A stretch of 64,000 bases of DNA from an uncultured Planctomycetota bacterium (GTDB taxonomy: Bacteria; Planctomycetota; Planctomycetia; Isosphaerales; Isosphaeraceae): positions 1,344,001 to 1,408,000 of the forward strand of contig CAWGMQ010000008.1 in NCBI GenBank assembly GCA_963823665.1, read 5' to 3'. Both the position numbers and the translations under genes were made by a program. Under the pieces are notes generated by a model. The model ran no database searches. It was not told the origin of the DNA and saw only the letters and a list, made by a program, of their open reading frames with translations. Position 1 is the first letter of the stretch. Each line of letters begins with the position of its first letter. This document shows, piece by piece, positions 54,114 to 64,000 of the stretch.

Positions 54114-57100
54114 CTCTGAGAAAAATCCGGACAATCAGACGGCGACTATCACCTACGACAGCTTTGGCCGGATGAGCAGTGAAGAGGTTTACGGCGGCCT
54201 CGCGACTTTTACGCTATCGCCGGCTGAGGAGGCGGGCCTGGTTGCCGCTGGCGGCACGACCCCGCTGGTTTACCCGTCAAGTTTCATCGGCCACATCACC
54301 GATGCCGACAGCGCGACCACAACCGTACTATTTGATGGCATGGGCGGAATCCTCACCGAAACCGACGGCCGGGGCAACACCACGACGATCACCCGCAACA
54401 GCCACGATCTGCCGACGGTTATCGTCGACCCGCTCAGCCGCACCACGACCATCGCGTATGATTCATCAGGAAACCCAACGACGATCACGCAGGCTGACGG
54501 CGCCACCGAGACGATCCTTTACAACGACAACTTCGGCATCCCGACCTACGTCGTCGACTTCGATGGAAACGTCACCAGCTACACGCTTGATTCGAATGGC
54601 AACGTCACCAAGCGAACCGACCCCGATGGCCAGAGCGAAAACTATACGTACAACTCAGCCGGTCAAGTGCTCACCGATACCGATCCGCTCGGGAAAACAG
54701 TTACCTACGCCTATAACGGCCTCGGCCAATTGACTTCGCTTACCGAGCCCGGCACGTCAATCGCAACCATCCAATATGCGTATGACTCCGCCGGCGATGT
54801 CACCCAGGTGACCGATGAAGTCGGCGATACGATCACCTATACATACGACGCGATGGGCCGCCTGAAGAGCGAGCAAAACCCAGTGCAGGCTGCCGCAAGC
54901 AAGGATGTTGCCTACTCGTATGACGCGGCAGGCAATCTGACTTCGGTGACCGACGCCCTGGGCCACACTGTGACGCTCACCTACAACGCAAACAACGAGC
55001 TGGTCAGCGTGCGGGATGCGCTCAATCATATCGTTACCTATGGCTATGACGCGGAAGGAAATGTCACGACGGTGGAGGACGCGCGGGGGTACACCACAAC
55101 CTACGCTTATGACCTTGATAACAATCTGATTTCGGTCACCGATCCCTTAAATAATATCAATACATACGCATATGATGCTGATAACGAAGTCGTGACAATG
55201 ATCAATCCGAATGGGGGGGCGACGACTTACACGTACAACTCGCTGGGCGAGCTCTCCACAGTCGTGTTGCCCGGCCAATCGGCGCCAACGTCATATACAT
55301 ATGATGAGAACGGCAACGTACTCAGCATCACCGACCAGCTCGGCGACAAGGCAGTTTACACGTACAACAACATGGGCTGGCAATCAACTGAGACGGTCTA
55401 TCCCAATGGTAGCACTGCCGAGACGACGACATTCAGCTACGATTACGACGGTGATCTTACCGCCGTCACCGACGGTCTCTCGCACACCACTTCGTTTGCC
55501 TACAATTCCAGAGGCGAGCTGGTCTCCGAGACCGAGCCCACTGGAGGCGGGACCACGACTTACACGTACGATCTCGCTGGACGAACAACCTCTCTGACCG
55601 ATCCAGACAATAATATCACGACCTGGACCTACACGCAGGCCAACGAGGTGGCGACCGAGATCAGCCCGCTGGGTCACCCGACGACCTATAGCTACGACCT
55701 CAACGGCAACGTGACCAGCGTGATTGATCCGAATTCGCATAAAATTACGTATTCGTACGACGCAGACAACGAGGAAACCGGCGAAACGTGGGTTAACCCC
55801 GGTGTGGGCAGCCCGCTCAACTTAGTAACGGTCAGCTATGACGCCGACGGCGATATCACCCAGATCAAGGACGCCAACACAAATTATCAATACACTTACA
55901 ACGCCGACGATGAGGTGAGCACGTTCGCCGACAACGGCACCACCGGCCTGCCCCTGGTCACGCTGACGTACGGCTACGATGGCGATAACAATGTGACCAC
56001 CGTCTCCGATAGCCTGGGCGGCCTGACCACCTACACCTACGACGCGCGTGACGAACTGACCAACGAGAAGTTCACCGCCAGCGGCCTTTCCGACGAGGCG
56101 GTCTCCTACGCCTATGACGCCGCCGGCCGCCTGACAGGCCTGACCCGCTATTCCAACGCCGCCGAGACGACCAAGGTCGCGGCAACGGCATACTCATACG
56201 ATCACGCCAATAGAATGACCGGCATCGTCGACTCGAATTCTACCGGCACCACGCTCGTCACCTACGGCTACACCTACGACGCCGCCGATCGAGTCTCGCA
56301 GGAACTGCGGACATGGGCCTCGGGCGGCTCGTCCGACACGGTGACTTACTCGTACACGAACAACAACCAGTTGACCGGCGTGACGCACTCAAACGGCTCG
56401 TTCTCGAACGAGAGCTTCACATGGGACAGCAACGGCAATGAAACCGGCTCCGGCTATACGACCGGAACAGATAACGAGCAGACGGCTTCGCCCGGCTATA
56501 CCTACACCTACGACAACGCCGGCGAACTGACCTCCGAGACGCAGACATCGACGGGTGATGTGTGGACGTACGGCTACGACTTCCCCGGCCGCATGGTGAC
56601 CGCGGTCGAGAAAACCTCCGGCGGTACGACACTCGAGTCCGTCACGTACACCTACGATGCGCTCAACAACCGCATCGGCATGGATGAAAATAGCACGCAG
56701 ACGTGGACGCTCTATGAGCGCGGCAATCCGATGATGGACTTCAATAGCTCCGGTTCTTTGACAATGCGGTATTTGTGGGGACCGACAGGAATTGTGGCCC
56801 GTCAGACATCCGGCGGCACTGTCTCGTGGTACCTTGCCGACCACTTGGGCACGATCCGCGACATCATCAACAACTCCGGAGCGATCATCGACCATGTGGA
56901 TTTCAGCGCGTTTGGAACAGTTCTTGGAGAGACGAGCCCGACGAGCGGCGACCGGATGACTGGCTTTGCAATGCTGGAGCGAGATTCCGTCACCGGGTTG
57001 AATATGGCGGTGTATCGTGAGGAGAATCCGGGGACTGGGCGGTGGGACAGTCAGGATCCGCTCGGATTCCGAGGGGGGTACAGCAATATGTACTCGTACG

Positions 57101-57687
57101 TTGGCAACGGTCCGCTGTCATACATCGATCCAGGCGGGCTCAGGCCCGTGTACCCGAAGCCTCCAACCGACCCAGAGTGCATTGCCCTGGCCCGAAAAAT
57201 CGTGAACGTGAGGGCAAAGATAAACGAGCGACTCTCGGAGTATCGAGAGGACGAGGGAGACCTTCCGGAGAGATGCCCGAACGATAAATTAAAGCCGAGT
57301 GGTAGTAGGTGGGGGCACCGAATGTTGATTAACAAGGACAGGGCGCTACTCGCGGAGCTCGAAGCTGAGTACTGCTGGAAATGCACGGGAACACAAGGAG
57401 CTCCGGTTTCTCCGCCGCCTGTGGTGCAGCCAGCACCGCAGACACAGACACAGCCCCAGCCACAAAAGAAAAAGCCTTTTAACTGGGTTGACTTCGGTAC
57501 CGGTGTCGTATACGGCGTGGTCGCCGGGGGTGGCCTTATTATTTTGGGCGGCGTAGTCATCGGCGGAACTATCATCGAGGACGTTGGGACCGGGGGGGTG
57601 GGAATTCTCGACGATCCGGTCACCATCGGTGCCGGCGGCGGGCTAATCTGGAAGGGGTTTCAGATCCTTGCAGGCGCAGGTACATAA
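54114..57687 (+). CDS. Rhs/YD-repeat polymorphic toxin, N-terminally truncated
   Basis: Dozens of YD..GNLT.VTD..G repeats; core end WYLADHLGTIR...GRWDSQDPLGF.GG..N.YSYVGNGP..YIDPGGL; a C-terminal tip of about 181 aa. The ORF's apparent N-terminus (53836-54113) is transposon DNA. Confidence 0.9.
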
Positions 57688-57744
57688 CATTACCGCGATG
57701 CCGCGAGCAGCTTTTCACGGCGCGCGGCCAGGCGCAAGACTGGA

Positions 57745-58230
57745 ATGCGTGAGGCGATTAAGGAGCTTAAAGCTTATGGTGGTAGCTTGAATGCCTATGA
57801 CGCAGAACACCGAATGCAAGAGGCGCAAAAGAGCCAGATGGCGAACATGGAAAAGACCAAAGCTCAAGCGGCGGCCGACCACGAAGTCACTGATGCCAAA
57901 GGGCAGGTAAAATTCACCGGCGAGGAAAAGAACATCAAAATTCAAACCGTGGGCGTGGGAACGATAACCGGCACGCAGCAGGCAATATAAAGGTTATCGC
58001 GGAAAACCGCCGTTCAATAAAGAATGTCATGCGGAACAAAGTCCCGTACAATAACCTTCTGGCGTGGGGTATTGAACATCCTCTACGCTGACCCCAACTA
58101 TACCTTTTCGCGGGGATATGCAAAAAACCCTATCAGCACGAAGTGTCGCGTCGGCATTTCCGCCGCCTGTCTCGGAAAAGCCAACAGGCGGGTACGAGGG
58201 CCAAACCAGTGGACGACCTTGAGTTTATAG
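57745..58230 (+). pseudogene. Probable degenerate orphan toxin C-terminal module
   Basis: ORFs 57745-57990 and 58024-58230 are both in the Rhs frame, separated by TAA codons. The final stop overlaps the start of the next gene. Low GC. Confidence 0.4.
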
Positions 58231-58799
58231 CTCGTGTCGCGAGCGCGATATCCAACCGCGATAAGAAAGAGCTGGAATCGTGTGTCGACGAGTTCGCGGA
58301 GTATTGCTTCGAAGAGCAGGCACCTAGTGAAAAGGAACTGTCTCAAGCGGTCTTCGATTTCATCGTTGGCCGAATGCGCGACGAGTCCTTCCAATTGATG
58401 GACGGATCATGGTTTCTTCTCCGACTTGTGCAGACGGACTTCGGTCGGCTAACGAACGGCCAGAAAGCCGCGCTGCTGGTCTGCTTCAGGGAGACCTACG
58501 CCAAGTTCAGGGATTTCATGTCCTGCTTCCTGATTTCCGAAATACTTGGGAAGTATTACTCCGACGCGAATGCAGTCGAGCTCCTGGAAGACCTGAGCCG
58601 TGTCGGGGCTGATGCCCCGCGCGCGTTGGTCCCGATGGGACTTGGTTACGTTGCGAGATCGGCGGATGGCGACGTTTCGAGCAGAGCCATCGATTGCTTG
58701 CGGAGGATGAGGTTGGACGAGTCCGCCGAGGTCCGCGCGGAAGTCGAGCTGGCGCTGAGAAAATTGCGGACTCGAGGGATTTTCACCGACGGTGAGTAA
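58209..58799 (+). CDS. Helical/HEAT-like putative immunity protein
   Basis: GAGGG RBS then GTG at 58209; acidic all-alpha sequence ending in the HEAT-like DESAEVRAEVELAL; positioned downstream of Rhs. Confidence 0.6.
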   Translation: MDDLEFIARVASAISNRDKKELESCVDEFAEYCFEEQAPSEKELSQAVFDFIVGRMRDESFQLMDGSWFLLRLVQTDFGRLTNGQKAALLVCFRETYAKFRDFMSCFLISEILGKYYSDANAVELLEDLSRVGADAPRALVPMGLGYVARSADGDVSSRAIDCLRRMRLDESAEVRAEVELALRKLRTRGIFTDGE

Positions 58800-58955
58800 A
58801 AGAAATGAAATCTTGGTCAAAGCCCAACGGGTTCCATGCAGAATAGCACTATGACTTTCAGCTGCGCCAAGAAGATCACACATCGGTAGGTTATTGCTTT
58901 TCAGTTCCTTAGCGTACTCTTTTTCCGTTCTGAGGAATCACCTCTTAAATGCCCG

Positions 58956-59426
58956 CTACCACTGACCCCCGCCCGGGCCGATGGTGATGCGGGTAATGAC
59001 GATGGCTTTCCGGTCGAGGAACGTCCGGTCGGTGGGCGTTTCGCGCAGCCAGGGAATGCGGTGACGCCGGAGGTTGTGGACCAGCTCGAGCAGCCGGCGG
59101 CCCTCGAGCACGACGTCGGTGACGCCAGCCCCGACGAAACGTAAGGAAAGCGTTCGAGCTTTCGTCGGCGATGCCGGAGCATCCAGGCGCACGCGCACCA
59201 GGTCGCCGTAGGCGAACAACTCATAGCGCTGATCGCGGAGGATGACACAGAGCATGGTTTCCGGCTTGTTGCTGATCCGCCCGCAGGCAAGGTAATCGTC
59301 GCCCAGCTCGGGGAGGGCGTCCTCACCATCCGGCGCTTCCCTGTAGCCTTTCTCGAGGCGGCCATCCAAATCAGCGGCGTCGCCGGCGGGCCTGGGCATC
59401 TCGACCACATTGCCCTCAGCGTCCAT
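58956..59426 (-). CDS. Hypothetical protein coupled to the relaxase
   Basis: AAGGAG RBS; start overlaps the relaxase 3' end; motifs F.Y.DL and V.LEGRRL..L...L..HRI.WLRE. Confidence 0.6.
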   Translation of the reverse strand: MDAEGNVVEMPRPAGDAADLDGRLEKGYREAPDGEDALPELGDDYLACGRISNKPETMLCVILRDQRYELFAYGDLVRVRLDAPASPTKARTLSLRFVGAGVTDVVLEGRRLLELVHNLRRHRIPWLRETPTDRTFLDRKAIVITRITIGPGGGQW

Positions 59427-60038
59427 GGTCATCTCCTTGACCGCGATCACCAAGCAGCCGCCGAGCGTGTGCCGTCCCCACCGCCCGGCGCAGCGGAGCG
59501 GGAGGGGCGTCCCAGGCCTCCCGCAGACGCGCGGTGAACTCCCGGCGCCGACGGTGCTCACGATATACCCCTAAGGGATCAGGCCGGACCGGCTGGGGGA
59601 GGGGAGGCGGCACCAGGTCGAGGGCGGCTTTCTTGGCCGAGCTATACCGGATGGCATCGCGCACGGCATCCGCCTCGTCGGTATAGAGCCGGAGCTGCTC
59701 GCGGGCCCGCGACGCCGAGACGTACATCTGCTCCATGTTGATCGCCGGCAGGGAGGCCGAGGACATGCCGAGAATGACCCGCTGGACGGTACGGCCCTGG
59801 GAACCCATGGAAGTCTCGACAAACCCGCTGCGGAAATGCCCGGCATCCTTGCTCACCACCCAGCCGTTCTCCAGGCGGATATTGCCGCCGGGGGTGAAGC
59901 CGGCGACCGTATGCACGTCGCCATTGCGGAGCTTGTGCTCCCCCTCATGAGTAGTCACGGTGCCGGTGAAGCGGATGACGTCATCCTCGGCCAGGGCGAT
60001 CGCCTCGGGCCGGTAGAGAGAAAACCGCCCGGCCTGGT
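59416..60038 (-). pseudogene. MobF/TrwC-type relaxase-helicase C-terminal fragment, truncated by IS66
   Basis: LRNGD...V.GF, helicase motif V GFVETSMGSQG.TV.RV and motif VI QMYVSASRAR. The frame ends at the IS66 left IR. Confidence 0.8.
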
Positions 60039-60122
60039 GTAACCGTCCGGTGAAGTGCATCTTTATCCGGGCGGGGGTTGGTGTCAGGATAAGCCGGTGC
60101 CCTCACGCACCGGAGTCCACGC

Positions 60123-60518
60123 ATGTCCCGCGCTATTCCCAAATGCGATTGGTCAGCCATACTGGCTGACTTCCACCGCTCTGGTTTGACCCAAACTGAG
60201 TTTTGTCGCCGCCGTCATATCTCCGTCAGCTCCTTCCGCAGTTGGCTATACGGTCTCCGTGGCGGATTTCCTACCGCCGGCCCCTCGGAAAGCCGTCGCC
60301 CGGCGCCGGTCTCTGCCCCGGCGAGCTCCGCGCTCCCCGCCTTCCTTCCTGTGCTTGTCCGTCCCCAATCGAGGGTTTCTACGGCCGACCCCCACGTCTC
60401 CCATCCACCCGCCTCGCTCGAGCTCGTCGTGAGTGAACGACACTTCGTCCGCATTCCACCCGGCTTTGATCCGGCGACCCTTCATCAACTCCTCGACGTC
60501 CTGGAAGATCGGCCGTGA
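60123..60518 (+). CDS. tnpA: IS66 accessory protein TnpA
   Basis: W...L.DF.RSGLT..EFCRR..IS..SF..W HTH and VRIP.GFDP.TL..LL.VL. Confidence 0.9.
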   Translation: MSRAIPKCDWSAILADFHRSGLTQTEFCRRRHISVSSFRSWLYGLRGGFPTAGPSESRRPAPVSAPASSALPAFLPVLVRPQSRVSTADPHVSHPPASLELVVSERHFVRIPPGFDPATLHQLLDVLEDRP

Positions 60519-60895
60519 TCAACTTCCCACCCACAGTCCGCATTTTCTTGGCCGTTGGGCCAGCGGATCTCCGGAAGGGATTCGACGGCCTCGCTGCCCT
60601 CACCTCTTCGACCATCGGCTTGGATCCCCTCTGCGGCCATCTCTTCGTCTTTCGCAATCGGCGGGGCGATCGCCTCAAGATCCTCTACTGGGACCGCGAT
60701 GGCTACGCGCTCTGGTACAAGCGGCTCGAGCGAGGCGTCTTCCGCTTCCCTCAACCCACGGCGAACCGCATCGAAGTCTCGCCGGCCGAGATGGCTGCCA
60801 TCCTCGCCGGCATCGATTTACGCACCGCGGGCCGCCAGCGACGCTACACTTTGCCGGCGCCCATCCCCATCTCGCAGGCAGATGCACTCGTATAA
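60515..60895 (+). CDS. tnpB: IS66 accessory protein TnpB (Orf2)
   Basis: DLRKGFDGL, LFVFRNRRGDRLKILYWDRDG..LWYKRLERG.F. Confidence 0.95.
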   Translation: MINFPPTVRIFLAVGPADLRKGFDGLAALTSSTIGLDPLCGHLFVFRNRRGDRLKILYWDRDGYALWYKRLERGVFRFPQPTANRIEVSPAEMAAILAGIDLRTAGRQRRYTLPAPIPISQADALV

Positions 60896-60945
60896 TCTTC
60901 TGAGAATCTCTCGTCACATTGACGGCGGTCGACCGTAATAACGGT

Positions 60946-62508
60946 ATGACGACGGCGGCCGATTCACTCCCCACCGATCTGGAAACCGCCCATCAGCTCA
61001 TCCGCGAGCTCTTGGAGACGCTGCGCCAGCAGACCGTCCTGAACGAGCACCTCCAGCATCAGCTCGAAAAGCTCCTGCGGCGGATCTACGGCCCCAGGAC
61101 CGAAAAGCTCGACCCCAACCAACTCCTCCTTTTCGCCCGCGAGATCTTGGAAGCAACCGGAGTCGACCCCGCTGCGGCCCCACCGGCTGCCGACGCGAAG
61201 ACAACCGAGTCGGTTGGCCAAGCGGAACCAACCAAGAAGAACGGGCACGGTCGTAAGCCGCTGCCCAGGAGCCTCGAGCGCCGGCGCAAGGTCCACGACG
61301 TTCTCCCCGAACTACTCCCGTGCCCCGACTGCGGCGTCATCCGCACCGGCATTGGCGAGGAGGTTCGCGAGCAGCTTGAATTTGTTCAGGCCAGCTTGAT
61401 TGTGGTCGAGCATGTGCGGCCCAAGTACGCGTGCAAGGCATGCCAGGCCAACGTGATCATTGCCGAACGACTTCCTGAGCCGATCGAGAAAGGTTTGCCT
61501 GGCCCAGGGCTCATGGCCCAGGTGATCGTCAGCAAGTACGCCGACCATTTGCCGCTTTATCGGCAGGAAGGAATCTTCCGCCGTCACGGCGTGGAGCTGT
61601 CTCGTCAGACGATGTGCGATTGGATGGCGGTCTCTGCCGAATTGTTGGAACCGATCGTCGCGGAGATGCACTGCGAGATCCTCAAATCGCGGGTCATTCA
61701 GACTGACGACACGCCAGTACCCGTTCTGGACCGGAGTTTGGGGAAGACGCGGACAGGCCGGCTCTGGGACTACCTGGGGGATCGCGATCATCCCCACGTG
61801 GTGTACGACTACACGCCGGATCGCAGCGGCGAGGGACCGCAGCGGATGCTCGATGGTTATGAAGGCTACCTTCAAGCCGACGCGTATTCGGCCTACGACG
61901 CGATCTACGCCGGGAAGAAGATCATCGAAGTGGGGTGCTGGGCGCACGCGCGGCGGAAGTTCCACGAGTCCAAGTCGAGCGACGCGGTAAGGGCGCACGT
62001 GGCGATGGCCATGATTCAGCAGTTGTACAAGGTGGAGAAGGACACCAAGGATCAGGACGACGCGGCGCGCGGGGCATTGCGCCAGGAGCGTTCGAAGCCG
62101 ATCTTGAATGAGATCCACGCTTGGTTGTTACAGGAAAAGAGTCGCGTATTGCCCAAGAGTCCGATCGGCGAAGCGATCGGGTATGCCTTGAATCACTGGC
62201 AGGCGCTCGAGAGATTCACCGAGGCGGGTTGGCTGTCGATCGACAATAACGCCAGCGAGCGCGGGATGAAGCCGGTGGCACTCGGTCGAAAGAATTGGTT
62301 ATTCGCCGGGAGTGACGCCGGCGGCAAGACGGCGGCGACGCTGATGAGCTTGTGCATGACGTGCAAGAACGTGGGGGTGGATGCGTTTGCCTATCTGCGT
62401 GACGTGCTGGAGCGGATCAGCACGCACCCCGCGCGGCGAATCAGAGAGTTGCTGCCGGATCAGTGGAAGAAAGAACGGGTGGCAGCGGAGACGAAGCCGG
62501 TGGAGTGA
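60946..62508 (+). CDS. tnpC: IS66 DDE transposase TnpC
   Basis: Leucine zipper, CPDC...C..C zinc ribbon, KYADHLPLYRQ, TDDTP, LQADAY, CWAHARRKF, IDNN.SER and GRKNWLFAGS. Confidence 0.96.
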   Translation: MTTAADSLPTDLETAHQLIRELLETLRQQTVLNEHLQHQLEKLLRRIYGPRTEKLDPNQLLLFAREILEATGVDPAAAPPAADAKTTESVGQAEPTKKNGHGRKPLPRSLERRRKVHDVLPELLPCPDCGVIRTGIGEEVREQLEFVQASLIVVEHVRPKYACKACQANVIIAERLPEPIEKGLPGPGLMAQVIVSKYADHLPLYRQEGIFRRHGVELSRQTMCDWMAVSAELLEPIVAEMHCEILKSRVIQTDDTPVPVLDRSLGKTRTGRLWDYLGDRDHPHVVYDYTPDRSGEGPQRMLDGYEGYLQADAYSAYDAIYAGKKIIEVGCWAHARRKFHESKSSDAVRAHVAMAMIQQLYKVEKDTKDQDDAARGALRQERSKPILNEIHAWLLQEKSRVLPKSPIGEAIGYALNHWQALERFTEAGWLSIDNNASERGMKPVALGRKNWLFAGSDAGGKTAATLMSLCMTCKNVGVDAFAYLRDVLERISTHPARRIRELLPDQWKKERVAAETKPVE

Positions 62509-62811
62509 CCGCGCTGGTCACGAGCAGAGAGCTTGCGCGCGTGCTGGTGCGGCCGGCGGTCGAGCGGGCCTGGATGCCCTCGGTGATCGGCCCCGAGCTC
62601 CCAGCGCGCGAAGCAAGTCGCGCGCCGGCCGCGCGCATTTAGCCGCGTGTACTCCACCGGACGGTTACACTGGAGCACGCGTTAACCGACGATTCGTCCG
62701 CCGAATCAACTTGAAAACGGAGGGGAACCAAGGGATGACGGGCCGGATGGCAAATCGCCCGTACTAATCGCTTGGTGATCTCGGACGCTTACTCGCGAAA
62801 GGAGAACTGCA

Positions 62812-63420
62812 ATGGGTTATTGCCTTTACGTGTTTGCGTCGGATTTCGACGATGATTCGGAGCCGGAGGAGCTGGCTGAATGTGATGTCGGGGACTTTTG
62901 CGATTTGGCTTTTTTCCACAGTTCCATCGACTGTAACCTGGGCGCTGGCCGGTACCCGACCTTGATGCGCCTTTTGGATAGCGATGCTTGGTTCCCGACG
63001 AGTGAGGTCCGAGCGGTGGAGCGGGAGCTTCAGGAGATCGCGACCGCATTTCGGGAGTTGCCATCGGAACGGATGAAGATCGCTTTTCAACGCGTCGCGG
63101 AGGCTCACACGGTAGCCGGGTCGCGTTGCAAGTGCGCTCTAGAACGCTTCCACGACCCATACGGATGCATGACCACATTTGAGTGGTCACCGAACGACAT
63201 CGGGCCGTTCGGGCGGAAGCTTCTAGAGATCGCAGCCGCGTTTCGCGAGTTGCCATCTGCAAGGACCGAAGAAGCCCTCAATGGCGCCTCCGAGGACGGT
63301 GTAGGGGGCGGGTCGCTTTACGATTGCTTCCGAGACGCAAACGGCGCGAACCTGTTCGAATGCCTGTTGAAACTTTGTGCGGTGGCAATTGAGCACGAGC
63401 GGCCAATTATTTTCACGTAG
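62812..63420 (+). CDS. Imm70-like immunity protein with an internal duplication
   Basis: AAGGAG RBS; GLY/CLY N-terminus, RYPTLM...DSD and SLYDCF.D.NG..LFE.L..LC..AI....PI.F. Confidence 0.65.
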   Translation: MGYCLYVFASDFDDDSEPEELAECDVGDFCDLAFFHSSIDCNLGAGRYPTLMRLLDSDAWFPTSEVRAVERELQEIATAFRELPSERMKIAFQRVAEAHTVAGSRCKCALERFHDPYGCMTTFEWSPNDIGPFGRKLLEIAAAFRELPSARTEEALNGASEDGVGGGSLYDCFRDANGANLFECLLKLCAVAIEHERPIIFT

Positions 63421-64000
63421 ATGGAGCAGACTTGTGCGCAGAGGACACCGAACGACGCAGATAAAGACGCAGCGGAGGGCGTACGGGACCATTGACCACG
63501 CACGGCATGGAACGGAAGGGTCAGTAAGGAAAAGCTGTCCGCAGATGACGCTGATCGACGCAGAAGAGCTCTCAAAGCGGAGCAAGGCTTTTAACCACGA
63601 ATCACACGAATAGGAAGGTTGTGAGGGAGCTTGCTCGGGGTACCGTCGCCGAAACTCCCGGTCGGGCTGTCGGGGAGGCCTGGTGTCATCGCGGCGGGCT
63701 GCGCATGCCGTCACAACGCGATCGAATGGAGCAGACTTGTCCGCAGAGGACGCCGATTGACGCAGATAAAGTTGCAGCGGACGGCGGACGGGACCATTGA
63801 CCACGCACGGAACGGGACGGAAGGGTCAGTCAGGAAAAGCTGTCCGCAGATGACGCTGATCGACGCAGAAGAGCGCTCAAGGCGGAGCAAGACTTTTAAC
63901 CACGAATCACACGAATCACACGAATAGGAAGGTTGTGAGGGAGCTTGCTCGGGGTACCGTCGCCGAAACTCCCGGTCGGGCTTTCGGGGGGGCCTGGTGT
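63421..64000 (+). repeat. Tandem direct repeat, 305-bp unit (second copy runs off-window)
   Basis: Unit 1 spans 63421-63725 and unit 2 starts at 63726 (ATGGAGCAGACTTGT). The units are highly similar; unit 2 has one extra CACACGAAT. Confidence 0.92.

Larger units (their letters stand above)
60039..62668 (+). mobile_element. IS66-family insertion sequence
   Basis: Left IR GTAACCGTCCGGTGAAGTGC at 60039 and right IR GTACTCCACCGGACGGTTAC ending at 62668; tnpA-tnpB-tnpC inside. Confidence 0.95.

Noticed and set aside
60515..60895. TnpB as an RNA-guided nuclease
   Set aside because: This is the 126-aa IS66 accessory TnpB, unrelated to the IS200/605 RuvC TnpB.
63677..63686. GGCCTGGTGT matches the IS66 left junction (60031-60040)
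   Set aside because: It is a 10-bp GC-rich match about 1 kb from the right IR and not adjacent to it, so probably chance.
63421..64000. Possible CRISPR array or repeat-encoded ORFs (63377-63613, 63631-63927)
   Set aside because: The whole unit is duplicated, so there are no unique spacers. The ORFs lack an RBS and simply translate the nucleotide motifs.

Overview
GC-rich bacterial DNA that looks planctomycetal, probably Isosphaeraceae-like. The pointers are LExRxLL-type N-terminal export motifs, an ECF sigma factor coupled to a Ser/Thr kinase, a membrane-anchored ECF and WD40/TPR kinases. At least 15 one- or two-base frameshifts split otherwise intact genes, which suggests uncorrected long-read errors. 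Bases 1-49100 are mostly core or lineage-typical genes: a glycoside hydrolase-like protein, bpX4-like protein plus MoxR, two S53 proteases (one giant, with eleven 312-bp Ig-like repeats), two GT-C/YfhO membrane proteins, Uma2, a radical SAM protein, rhomboid, pdxA, beta-carbonic anhydrase, two toxin-antitoxin-like pairs, kinases, tRNase Z-like protein, ppa and a PATR/Ig/DUF4214 surface protein. Bases 49200-64000 are a mobile and conflict-gene mosaic. It holds an IS256 scrap, one full and one partial HUH/Y1 (RAYT-like) transposase element with inverted, tandemly reiterated AGACACCCACC/GGTGGGTGTCT ends and a conserved 3' non-coding segment, and four stacked group II intron fragments. It also holds a 5'-truncated Rhs toxin with an unassigned tip, orphan toxin and immunity genes, a MobF/TrwC relaxase fragment, a complete IS66 with no target-site duplication, an Imm70-like gene, and a 305-bp tandem repeat built from 9-nt-periodic motifs. 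No tRNA, rRNA or CRISPR array was recognised. Family names come from motif recognition by eye, not from database searches.
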